Below, piece after piece: positions 50,190 to 58,926 of a stretch of 64,000 nt of DNA. Positions within the stretch are counted from its first letter, which is position 1; every line of letters begins with the position of its first letter. The notes under the pieces were generated by a model. That model was not told the DNA's origin and did not search any database. It saw nothing but the letters and a program-made list of their open reading frames with translations. Origin of the DNA: an uncultured Limnohabitans sp. (GTDB lineage: Bacteria > Pseudomonadota > Gammaproteobacteria > Burkholderiales > Burkholderiaceae_C). The translations under genes were made by a program, and so were the position numbers. Location: contig CAUPRM010000004.1 in assembly GCA_963513725.1 (NCBI GenBank), forward strand, positions 102,348 to 166,347, read 5' to 3'.

Positions 50190-53100
50190 ATGGCAGTTAT
50201 CAACACCAACGTCAAAGCCCTGTTTTCGCAGGCGGCACTGAAATCGACAGAACGCAGTCAAGCTGTCAACATGCAGCAGTTGTCGACTGGTAAGCGCATC
50301 AACTCGTCACGCGACGATGCGGCGGGTATGGCGATTGCCACACGCATGACGCAGCAAATTCGCAGTCTGAATCAAGCTGTGCGCAATGCGGGAGATGCCA
50401 TTACCCTGATCCAAACAGCGGAAGGGGCGACCAACGAAATCACGGACATGATGCAACGCATGCGTGAGTTGGCGATCCAAGCGTCTAACGACACCAACAA
50501 CAACGATCAGCGTAGCTACTTGGATCTGGAATTCCAACAGTTGAAAAAGCAAATTGTCCAAATTGCCGACAACACTGAGTGGAATGGTTTTCCTGTTCTC
50601 AACGGTTCAACTGGCGAACGTGTTGGTATCAAGCCCGTCTACAAAACTACATCTGAACCCATTTACAACGCCGAGATTGAGATGTCCTCCTCTGCGCCCG
50701 TGTCAAGTACGACCGGCGCCTCTGGTGGTGTAACTCAAACCTCCGTGGTTTCGTTTCCAGCCTTGTCAACAGGACAGTCCGTCACTGTAAACGGCTTGAC
50801 ATACACCGCAACTACAGACAACTCTGCTGCCGAAGTGGCTGCTAACTTTGCCAACTTGGCGAGCACGGTTGATCCAACAACGCTCAGTGGTACAAAGGGC
50901 AAGTTTTCTGCGTTGAGCATTGGTGATATCAAAGATTACGCATCTGGACCAGCGGTGGGAAGCAGTGTTACCTACACAAGCAATGCCCCCTTTGCAGATG
51001 TTACTTCGACGGATCCCTTTGTGGTCTCGGCGGCAGGCACAGGTGTTCTTGCCCCAACTGTATCCACGACAACAGGTGTGGCAGGTGGCGGAGTCTTGGT
51101 CACCGGCGAAGGTTCATTTGCTAAAGCTGGTATCTTGAGCATCACAATGGCCGGTGCCACATCTGCACGGACGGCGATTTTTACCTTAAACGACGGTCAA
51201 ATTATTGATATTTCGCCAGCGGTCAGCATCGCAGGTGGCGTGGTGACGATCAGTAAAGAAGCCTTGGACCAAGTTGGCAACAACTTGCTTAAGGGTGGTG
51301 ATGTTGTTTTTGAGCAGATTGACACTGCATCTGCACCATTAAACTTTGTTGCCGATAACACCATCAACATGTCCGTCACGCGTTCGTTTAAGCCATTGGA
51401 GGCTACCAATGCAGGGGATGCCATCATCAATGGCATCACGATCGGTGCAACTCGTATTGTTGATGACAAGATTTCACGACCTGAAAATGCAATTGGAAGC
51501 GCTATTGCAAAAGTGGCAGCCATTAATGAAAAAACACTTCTTTCTGGTGTTCAGGCTGTCGTGAATCCCAACATCATGACTGGAACCAGCATGTCTGGTT
51601 CTGGCGTGGCAGCAGGAACCATGACGATCAACGGGTTTACGACACCCATGGTCAAAACCTTGCTGGATAACCCGCGTGAATCACGTGCACTGGCTGTGGC
51701 TGCGATTAACTTTATTTCAGCCAAGACCGGCGTTCGTGCCATTGATACCTTCACAGAAGGCAAAGGCATTACCTTGGTGGCCGATGATGGGCGCAACATC
51801 GAAGTTGCATTCAACACAGCCGCTGCAGATGCTGACTTCTCACGTTTGACGGGTGTCAAGAATGGTATTCAATCAGGTACGTATTCTCTGGAAGGTGCTG
51901 TTGAACAGTCTGTGAACATCACATCTGCACCCAACGGCGACATTTCGCGTCTTGGTTTGGAGCGTTTCAACTACACCAGTAAGACTTTATCGTCTGTCAC
52001 GACCATGGATCGTGCCGTGGCAACGCCGACATACACCATCACTTTCTCCGATTTGGCAGATGCCGAAACGGTGACTGTGGCAGGCTTGACCTTCACAGCC
52101 GATGGTCCCGTGACGGGCGCTAAGGTCGCAGCAGCATTTTCAAGCTTGGCAGCTGGATCGACACCTGCCAATCCCGATTACGGCTTCTTTGGTTTAGATC
52201 CTTTGTCATCCGATTTTTCCTCTGTTGCATCGTCGGGTTCAAGTGTTATTTTCTCTAGCTCACGCTCGATTTCTTCCAGCCAAGACATTGTGGTGACCAG
52301 CACAGCTGCGAGCAAACCCACGGTGTTGAATACGGCGCCTGCGTTTCCAACATTGGGGACCGGCGACCTGATCATCAATGGCGTGCCAATTCGTGCGGCA
52401 GCAGCCAGTGACGATACGCTTTCTAGCACCCAGACTGTATCCAGTGCACGCATTTCGAGTGCATTGGCAACTGCAGCAGCAATCAATGCCAGTAGCGATT
52501 TGACAGGTGTCACTGCGCTTACTTTGCCGGCACGTATAGAAGGCAGCATTACTTCTATTGCTCAGCCAGAAGTCACAGGCGATCAGTCTTTGTTCATCAA
52601 CGGCGTGAACGTAGTGGTTTACATGGTGGCCGGCGAAGCGCCAGCTGCCCGTCGAGATAAGGTGATTGAAGCAGTCAAGAGTTTGGCTGGATATTCTGGC
52701 GTTGAGGCTTCAGATAACGGCAATGGCGGGATCTCGTTAACAGCCGTTGACGGCCGCAACGTATCCGTTTGGTTTGATAGCGACAAGGTCAATGCCGGTA
52801 GTTTTGGCCTTGGCTTGGGCACAGATACAAACAATCCACCGGGTGTTAAGGGTGCGCCTGGTGCCACACAAACCTACACTGGTGCCAATACAGTCTACGG
52901 TACCGTGACATTGCAGTCTGCCAAAGCCTTTACGGTGGAGCCAGGTGACAATGGATTCACGACAGAAGGCGATTTCACAAAACTCGGTTTCCGTGAAGGT
53001 AAATACGGCGGTGAAGTTGACGAAGCTGTCTCAAAGATGAGCCCTCCACGCACTGGACGGTTGGCCTTCCAAGTGGGTGCCAGCGCCGGTCAAAAGATCA

Positions 53101-53549
53101 CGATCGATTTGGCTGACTTTGGTAAGGGTGGCCCGATCACGGGTGCTATCACATGGGATGCAGATTTAGATCCATTGGCCGTTGGTCAAGCGATTCCAGA
53201 AGCTTTGCCAGGTGGCCCCACTTTGATGGGTAAGCCTTTGACGCGAACTTCCATAGGTTCGACCGAGGGGGCACAAGCTGTGCTGGCCAAACTTGATGAG
53301 GCCATGGACAAGGTCAACCAAACACGCGCCACCATGGGTGCTGTGATGAACCGACTGGACCACGTTATCAATAACTTGACCAATGTATCTATGAACCTGT
53401 CTGCCTCGCGCAGTCAGATTGAAGACGCAGATTACGCCTCGGCTTCGACCGAATTGGCGAAGAACCAAATCATGCAGCAAGCTGCGACCGCGGTTTTGGC
53501 GCAAGCCAACACCAGCCAGCAGTCAGTCATGAAGTTGTTGGGCGGTTAA
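50190..53549 (+). CDS. fliC: Giant flagellin (1119 aa)
   Basis: MAVINTN..QLSTGKRINSSRDDAAGMAI; RSQIEDADYASASTELAKNQIMQQAATAVLAQAN; AGGAG RBS. Confidence 0.95.
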   Translation: MAVINTNVKALFSQAALKSTERSQAVNMQQLSTGKRINSSRDDAAGMAIATRMTQQIRSLNQAVRNAGDAITLIQTAEGATNEITDMMQRMRELAIQASNDTNNNDQRSYLDLEFQQLKKQIVQIADNTEWNGFPVLNGSTGERVGIKPVYKTTSEPIYNAEIEMSSSAPVSSTTGASGGVTQTSVVSFPALSTGQSVTVNGLTYTATTDNSAAEVAANFANLASTVDPTTLSGTKGKFSALSIGDIKDYASGPAVGSSVTYTSNAPFADVTSTDPFVVSAAGTGVLAPTVSTTTGVAGGGVLVTGEGSFAKAGILSITMAGATSARTAIFTLNDGQIIDISPAVSIAGGVVTISKEALDQVGNNLLKGGDVVFEQIDTASAPLNFVADNTINMSVTRSFKPLEATNAGDAIINGITIGATRIVDDKISRPENAIGSAIAKVAAINEKTLLSGVQAVVNPNIMTGTSMSGSGVAAGTMTINGFTTPMVKTLLDNPRESRALAVAAINFISAKTGVRAIDTFTEGKGITLVADDGRNIEVAFNTAAADADFSRLTGVKNGIQSGTYSLEGAVEQSVNITSAPNGDISRLGLERFNYTSKTLSSVTTMDRAVATPTYTITFSDLADAETVTVAGLTFTADGPVTGAKVAAAFSSLAAGSTPANPDYGFFGLDPLSSDFSSVASSGSSVIFSSSRSISSSQDIVVTSTAASKPTVLNTAPAFPTLGTGDLIINGVPIRAAAASDDTLSSTQTVSSARISSALATAAAINASSDLTGVTALTLPARIEGSITSIAQPEVTGDQSLFINGVNVVVYMVAGEAPAARRDKVIEAVKSLAGYSGVEASDNGNGGISLTAVDGRNVSVWFDSDKVNAGSFGLGLGTDTNNPPGVKGAPGATQTYTGANTVYGTVTLQSAKAFTVEPGDNGFTTEGDFTKLGFREGKYGGEVDEAVSKMSPPRTGRLAFQVGASAGQKITIDLADFGKGGPITGAITWDADLDPLAVGQAIPEALPGGPTLMGKPLTRTSIGSTEGAQAVLAKLDEAMDKVNQTRATMGAVMNRLDHVINNLTNVSMNLSASRSQIEDADYASASTELAKNQIMQQAATAVLAQANTSQQSVMKLLGG

Positions 53550-53569
53550 CCCAAGCCCCTCCTGACGCT

Positions 53570-53887
53570 GTGAAAGCCGAAGAGGGCGCTTCGCCTGAAC
53601 CCAAATTGTCTAAGTTATCCAATTTACCCAAGGGCCCCAATTGTTGGGACTGTCGTTACTTGACGACCACCTGGGATGTGCGTGCACCTTACGGCTGCAA
53701 GTTCATGGGTTTTCGCTCGCGTGTGATTCCCTCGCTGGAAGTGCTGCGCACGGACGGCCGTTTTTGTGGCGCTTTTGTCGCTAAACCCCCTGTAGAAAAA
53801 AAGACAGCTCAGCCTGTCGAGCAACCGTCGGATCGTCAGAAAACTGACTTTCGCAGGCCTGTTGTACGCATTAATTTAATTACATAG
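53570..53887 (+). CDS. Small four-cysteine hypothetical protein
   Basis: CWDC-x5-TWD..PYGC..MGFRS..PS.EV...G..C pattern; weak RBS. Confidence 0.55.
   Translation: MKAEEGASPEPKLSKLSNLPKGPNCWDCRYLTTTWDVRAPYGCKFMGFRSRVIPSLEVLRTDGRFCGAFVAKPPVEKKTAQPVEQPSDRQKTDFRRPVVRINLIT
53835..53848. promoter_or_regulatory. FleQ-box-like inverted repeat upstream of the regulator promoter
   Basis: GTCA-GAAAAC-TGAC, resembling the Pseudomonas FleQ GTCA-N6-TGAC site. Confidence 0.45.
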
Positions 53888-53901
53888 GTTACAAAACCAC
53901 C

Positions 53902-53917
53902 TGGCACGCACCTTGCA
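53902..53917 (+). promoter_or_regulatory. sigma54 promoter of the regulator-fliEFGHIJ operon
   Basis: TGGCAC-GCACC-TTGCA, full consensus. Confidence 0.85.
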
Positions 53918-53950
53918 TAACAGTCTTACCTTTATTTCAGGCTGTTCAAA

Positions 53951-55429
53951 GTGATTGCTTCTTCTGTCAACGTTATTCATGCCGTGTGGTTGGACCCCTT
54001 CAGTCCACTGCAAGCGGCAGATCGCGCCCAGCTGGATGCCGCCGGTATCAGTCTGGAAACCGTCTCTACTTTGGGCGACCTGACCTTGGCCTTGCGCCGT
54101 GCGCATGTGTTGGTGATTCGTCTGGGTGACAGCGCTGAGCTGTTGCAAGAAGTTCAAACCCTCATTGCCCAACTGGGCCACACCGTGCCTGTGTTGTGCC
54201 GTGTGGAACGTCGCCGCATGGAAGTGGCTGTGGACGCGATGCGTTTGGGCGCTCTGCATGTGTTGCCAGCGGACGAGTGGTCGGCTGGTGCTTGGCAAGA
54301 TGCCGTCAAGGGTTTGAATGCACCCGAACTCAAAACCAAGAGCTATGTGTTTGTGGACCCGACCAGCCAACATTTGCTGGCCTTGGCCCAACGCGTGGCG
54401 CAAACCGAAGTCACCGCCTTGTTGGTCGGCCCCACTGGCGCGGGCAAAGAAGTGTTGGCCCGTGTTTTGCACGAGTCGTCACCCCGTGCCAAAGGCCCGT
54501 TTGTGGCGTTGAACTGCGCGGCTATGCCTGAGCACTTGATTGAAGACATGTTGTTCGGTCACGAGAAGGGCGCTTTTACGGGTGCTTTGAAAGAACACAA
54601 AGGTTTGTTTGAACAAGCCCACGGCGGCACCATCTTCTTGGACGAAATCGGTGAAATGCCCATGCAATTGCAAGCCAAGTTGCTGCGCGTGTTGCAAGAG
54701 AAAAAACTCAACCGTTTGGGCGGCGAAGGCACCATCGACCTCGATGTGCGCGTGATCGCTGCCACCAACAAAGATTTGAAGCTGGCCATTGAGCAACGCG
54801 AATTCCGTGAAGACTTGTATTTCCGCATCAGCACCTTCCGTTTGCGTATTCAGCCTTTGAAGGACCGTCCAGGTGACATCGTGCCCTTGGTGGCGCAGTC
54901 CTTGGCCCGTCATGTCAAAGGTGGCGTGCCGTTCACGGTGACCGAAGATGCCCAAGCTTTGCTGCAAAGCTACCCATGGCCTGGCAACGTGCGTGAACTC
55001 GAAAACGTGGTGCAACGCGCTGTGGTGTTGTGTGGCGGCCGCACCATCAGCCCTGCGCATTTGATGTTCGACGATGCCGCGATGGACGACCAAGCTTTGC
55101 CCGCTGTGCATGCGTTGCCTGCTGCCTCGGTCATGTCTGCTTTGAACGAGGCCTTGGCCCAAGCCATGCCAGTGACGCCAGAAGTGCAAACTCCCGCGTT
55201 TACTGCTGCTGTGGCAGCCATGGCCCCCATCGCCATGCGTGACGCATCGGCCCCTGTGAATTTGGGCCATGCCGTCAAAGCCAGCGAGCACCAAGTGATC
55301 ATGGCTGCCATTCAGAGTACCGACAGCCGGATGGAAGCGGCTGCCAAGTTGGGTATCAGCCCACGTACCTTGCGTTACAAACTCGCGCAGCTGCGCACCT
55401 TGGGTATGTCTGAAGGAGTGTCCGCATGA
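53951..55429 (+). CDS. sigma54-dependent flagellar enhancer-binding protein (FleQ/FleR/FlrC-like)
   Basis: GPTGAGKE Walker A, GAFTGA, FLDEIGEM, FREDLYFRI, WPGNVRELEN, C-terminal AAAKLGISPRTLRYKL HTH; degenerate receiver-like N-terminus. Confidence 0.92.
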   Translation: MIASSVNVIHAVWLDPFSPLQAADRAQLDAAGISLETVSTLGDLTLALRRAHVLVIRLGDSAELLQEVQTLIAQLGHTVPVLCRVERRRMEVAVDAMRLGALHVLPADEWSAGAWQDAVKGLNAPELKTKSYVFVDPTSQHLLALAQRVAQTEVTALLVGPTGAGKEVLARVLHESSPRAKGPFVALNCAAMPEHLIEDMLFGHEKGAFTGALKEHKGLFEQAHGGTIFLDEIGEMPMQLQAKLLRVLQEKKLNRLGGEGTIDLDVRVIAATNKDLKLAIEQREFREDLYFRISTFRLRIQPLKDRPGDIVPLVAQSLARHVKGGVPFTVTEDAQALLQSYPWPGNVRELENVVQRAVVLCGGRTISPAHLMFDDAAMDDQALPAVHALPAASVMSALNEALAQAMPVTPEVQTPAFTAAVAAMAPIAMRDASAPVNLGHAVKASEHQVIMAAIQSTDSRMEAAAKLGISPRTLRYKLAQLRTLGMSEGVSA

Positions 55430-55770
55430 TTGACCGCATCTCTAACGCCAACATCATGTCGATGATGGAGACGTTGCGTGCGCACCAAGCGCAGTCCACC
55501 GGTTCGTCATCGTCGGTGAGCGAAAGCAGCTCTACCAAGATCGAAGGCCAATCTAATTTTTTTGAATCGGTCAAAACAGCGCTCGACAAAGTCAACGACA
55601 CGCAGGCCAAGTCCACGGCCATGACAGACGCCTATGACCGCGGCGAAAACGTGCCCCTCACCGATGTGGTGTTGAGCATGCAGAAATCCTCGCTGGCTTT
55701 TGAAGCCACTTTGCAAGTACGCAACAAGGTCATGAAAGCGTACGAAGAAATCATGAACATGCCGGTGTAA
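55426..55770 (+). CDS. fliE: Flagellar hook-basal body protein FliE
   Basis: LTDVVLSMQKSSLAFEATLQVRNKVMKAYEEIMNMPV. Confidence 0.96.
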   Translation: MIDRISNANIMSMMETLRAHQAQSTGSSSSVSESSSTKIEGQSNFFESVKTALDKVNDTQAKSTAMTDAYDRGENVPLTDVVLSMQKSSLAFEATLQVRNKVMKAYEEIMNMPV

Positions 55771-55789
55771 TCTGGATTGAGAGACTGAT

Positions 55790-57862
55790 ATGGCAACTGA
55801 TACCCTGAACATGAACCCCTTGGCTGTGGCCTCGACGGGCGCCGATAACGCAGCGATGAGCACCACCTCGGGTGGCGGCAGCGGCAAAGCGGGCAACAAC
55901 AATTTGCCCGCATGGCTGAACGCCAAAGAAGGCCCTGGCGCTTTGGTGGGCGACATCTTGCGTCAACCCACGGTGCGCAAAACCTTGCCCTTCGTGGTGA
56001 TCTTCATGCTGCTGTTGTCGATTGCCGTGTTTTTCACGTCGATGAAGCCCACGCCTTACCGTCCTTTGGTCTTGATGCTCAACGATGCAGACAAGCAATT
56101 GGCCATCGAAGCCCTGAAGGCGGGTGAATACAAGCCGGAGGTTGATGTCAATACCGGCCAAATCTCTGTGCCCACCTCACGTTACCAAGAAGCGCGCATG
56201 TTGTTGGCCTCTAAAGGTTTGCCACGCACCGAAGCCTCGGGCATGGACAACCTCAAAGACATGCCTGCCATGACCACCAGCCAATTCATGGAGCAGGTGC
56301 GTTACAACAACGCGATGGAGCAAGAGCTGGCCCGCAGCATCACGCAAATCGGCGGTATCAAATCAGCCCGCGTGCACTTGGCCTCACCCAAGCAAAGCGT
56401 GTTTGTGCGTGACCGTGCCACGACCAAAGCGTCGGTAGTGATCACCCGTTTGCCAGGCCACACCGTGTCGTCGGCCAACGTGCAAGCCATCATCCGTTTG
56501 GTGGCGTCGAGCGTGCCTTACTTGGCCCCTGAAAACGTGTCGGTCGTCGATAACTTCGGCAGCTTGATGAACGAAATGTTGGTCGAGCAGCCTTTGGGCA
56601 TGACCTCTGCACAGCTGACGCAAAAGCAGCAAATGGAAGACCTGTACCGCACCCGTTTGATTCAATTGCTGGCCCCCATCGTGGGCGAGGCCAACGTGAG
56701 TGCGCAAGTCAGCATGACGCTTGACTTCACACAAACCGAAGTCACCACCGAAGATTACGACGCACAAGACAAAGGCCCCAAAACCCGTTCGGAGTTGTTT
56801 GTGGAAGACCGCAACACCATGCGTGACGCGATTGGTATTCCTGGCTCTTTGTCGAACACACCGCCCGCACCAACCAACCCCCAAGCCACGACCCAAACCA
56901 ACTCAGACCCTTTGAAGGGCGTGAGTGAAAAAGGCACGCAGGTCACAGCGCGCAGCACTAAAAACTACGAACTCGACCGCTCTGTGCGTCACACCAAAGG
57001 TGCGATGGGCAACATCACCAAAATTGGTGTGGGTGTGTTGATCAACGAGCGTCCCATTCCTGCTGGCATGAAAGTCGAAAAGCCTGCCGATGGCGCAGCC
57101 CCAGCCACATCCATTCCCTACACGGCTGAAGAAATTGAACGTTTGAACCAGTTGGTCAAAGGCGCTGTGGGTTTTAACGCCGAGCGTGGTGACGCAGTCA
57201 CTGTGGTGGGTACCAAGTTTGAACCTCAAATCGACCCAACAGCCGTGCCTTGGTACCGCGACGAAAACTACCAAATTCTGGTGAATGCCGGTGTGGTGGG
57301 TGGCATCTTCTTGCTGGTCTTGATGACGATTGTGTTGCCCATGGTGCGCCGTTTGACCACGCCACCTGTCGATGCTGCTGCTGTTGCCGCTGCTGCCGCC
57401 GCCGCCGCCGCCGCCGATGCCCAAATGGCCATCGATGTCGCCACGGCCGAATCGGCCGCTGCACAGGCCAGTGCCAAAATGGCCAAAGAAGCCCACGAAG
57501 CCGAGATTGCACGTCTTGCTGAAGAGTCTGCCAAGGTGGCCGAGGCAGCCCGTGTCGCTGCCGAAGAAAAAGCCGCTGCCGAGGCCGCAGCGGCTGAGCA
57601 AGAGCGCATCAAGCAAGAAGCGAAAGCTGCTTTGGGCCCTGAGGCTGAGACAGCCGAGATTGAAATTCAAGAAGGCGAAACGCTGGAAGAAGTCAAAGCC
57701 CGCATGGCCAGCCTGAAGCCTAAGAAACAATCGATTTCTGCAGACCTGCTGAACACAGCCAACTCGTATGATGACAAAGTTGCGTTGATTCGCATGATCG
57801 TGGCAGAAGACTCCACCCGCGTGGCGGGTGTGCTCAAGGCCTTGATCCGCCCCCCCGTCTAA
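55790..57862 (+). CDS. fliF: MS-ring protein FliF (690 aa, Ala-rich extended tail)
   Basis: EQELARSI..ARVHLA..SVFVR..ASV, LVASSVP, GIPGSLSNTP, NYELDR, GAVGFNAERGD; two TM segments. Confidence 0.95.
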   Translation: MATDTLNMNPLAVASTGADNAAMSTTSGGGSGKAGNNNLPAWLNAKEGPGALVGDILRQPTVRKTLPFVVIFMLLLSIAVFFTSMKPTPYRPLVLMLNDADKQLAIEALKAGEYKPEVDVNTGQISVPTSRYQEARMLLASKGLPRTEASGMDNLKDMPAMTTSQFMEQVRYNNAMEQELARSITQIGGIKSARVHLASPKQSVFVRDRATTKASVVITRLPGHTVSSANVQAIIRLVASSVPYLAPENVSVVDNFGSLMNEMLVEQPLGMTSAQLTQKQQMEDLYRTRLIQLLAPIVGEANVSAQVSMTLDFTQTEVTTEDYDAQDKGPKTRSELFVEDRNTMRDAIGIPGSLSNTPPAPTNPQATTQTNSDPLKGVSEKGTQVTARSTKNYELDRSVRHTKGAMGNITKIGVGVLINERPIPAGMKVEKPADGAAPATSIPYTAEEIERLNQLVKGAVGFNAERGDAVTVVGTKFEPQIDPTAVPWYRDENYQILVNAGVVGGIFLLVLMTIVLPMVRRLTTPPVDAAAVAAAAAAAAAADAQMAIDVATAESAAAQASAKMAKEAHEAEIARLAEESAKVAEAARVAAEEKAAAEAAAAEQERIKQEAKAALGPEAETAEIEIQEGETLEEVKARMASLKPKKQSISADLLNTANSYDDKVALIRMIVAEDSTRVAGVLKALIRPPV
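57374..57415 (+). repeat. GCT/GCC trinucleotide tract encoding poly-Ala in FliF, including (GCC)7
   Basis: gctgctgctgttgccgctgctgccgccgccgccgccgccgcc. Confidence 0.8.
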
Positions 57863-57885
57863 GAGAATAAGTTTGAGGAAAAACC

Positions 57886-58926
57886 ATGGCTGATAACGAC
57901 AACGCGATTGTGATGACCGAGGCGCTGCGCGCCGAGCTCGCGGCTATCACCTCGACGCAACGTGCGGCAGTGTTGATGCTGCTGTTGGGCGAAGAACAAG
58001 CGGCAGACATCATCAAATTTTTGAACCCCAAAGAAGTACAAGCATTGGGCGGCGCCATGGTGTCTGTGGCCGATTTTTCGCAAGACGCTGTGAACGTGGT
58101 GCTCGACGAGTTTGTGGAGCACTTGAAGAAACAATCGACCTTGAGCATGGGCAACACCGATTACGTGGAAAACGTGATGCGACGTGCGTTGGGCGACGAC
58201 AAAGCCGCTTCGGTGTTGGGCCGCATCATGCCCGACCAAGGCACCAAAGGTTTGGACATTTTGAGTTGGATGGATGCACGCGGCATTGCCGACATGATTC
58301 GTGGTGAACACCCCCAAGTGGTGGCCATCATCTTGTCGTTGCTGGAAAGCGAAGTCGCTGCCGATGTGTTGAACTACTTGCCACCCGATACGCGCGCCGA
58401 AGTGATTCAGCGTGTGGCCAGTTTGGACACGGTTCAGCCTTCGGCCATGGCCGAGCTGGAGTCGATCATGAAGCAGCAATTCTCGAAGAGCGCGTCCGCT
58501 CAGTCGTCGAGTTTTGGCGGTATTCAAGCTGCGGCCAAGATCATGAACTTGACCAAGACGGCGCTGGAAGCCAGCATCATGAACGGCTTGAACGAAATCG
58601 ATCCCGACTTGATGCTCAAGATTCAAGACAACATGTTCACGTTCGAGAACTTGATGAGCGTGGACAACAAAGGTATTCAGGTGCTCATGCGCAACGTCGA
58701 GCCCGACATGTTGATGATGGCGCTCAAAGGTGCCAGCGACGGCGTGAAAGACCGCTTCTTTGACAACATGTCTGAGCGCGCGCGCGGCATGTTCCGCGAC
58801 GACATGGAGGCCAAAGGCCCCCAGCGTATGGCGGACGTGGAAGAAGCGCAGAAGAAGATCATGCGCATGGCGCGCAAGCTGTCGGACTCCGGCGAGCTGG
58901 TTTTGGGAGGCGCCGACTTTGTTTAA
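57886..58926 (+). CDS. fliG: Flagellar motor switch protein FliG
   Basis: RAAVLMLLLGEE, EHPQVVAIIL, MFTFENL, NMSERA, DVEEAQK. Confidence 0.97.
   Translation: MADNDNAIVMTEALRAELAAITSTQRAAVLMLLLGEEQAADIIKFLNPKEVQALGGAMVSVADFSQDAVNVVLDEFVEHLKKQSTLSMGNTDYVENVMRRALGDDKAASVLGRIMPDQGTKGLDILSWMDARGIADMIRGEHPQVVAIILSLLESEVAADVLNYLPPDTRAEVIQRVASLDTVQPSAMAELESIMKQQFSKSASAQSSSFGGIQAAAKIMNLTKTALEASIMNGLNEIDPDLMLKIQDNMFTFENLMSVDNKGIQVLMRNVEPDMLMMALKGASDGVKDRFFDNMSERARGMFRDDMEAKGPQRMADVEEAQKKIMRMARKLSDSGELVLGGADFV

Noticed and set aside
57850-57856. C7 homopolymer as a phase-variation site in fliF
   Set aside because: The tract is short and in the last codons, so slippage would change only the extreme C-terminus.
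58760-58918. Track start of FliH at 58760, overlapping fliG by 167 nt
   Set aside because: An in-frame TTG at 58919 with a GGAGG Shine-Dalgarno is more plausible.
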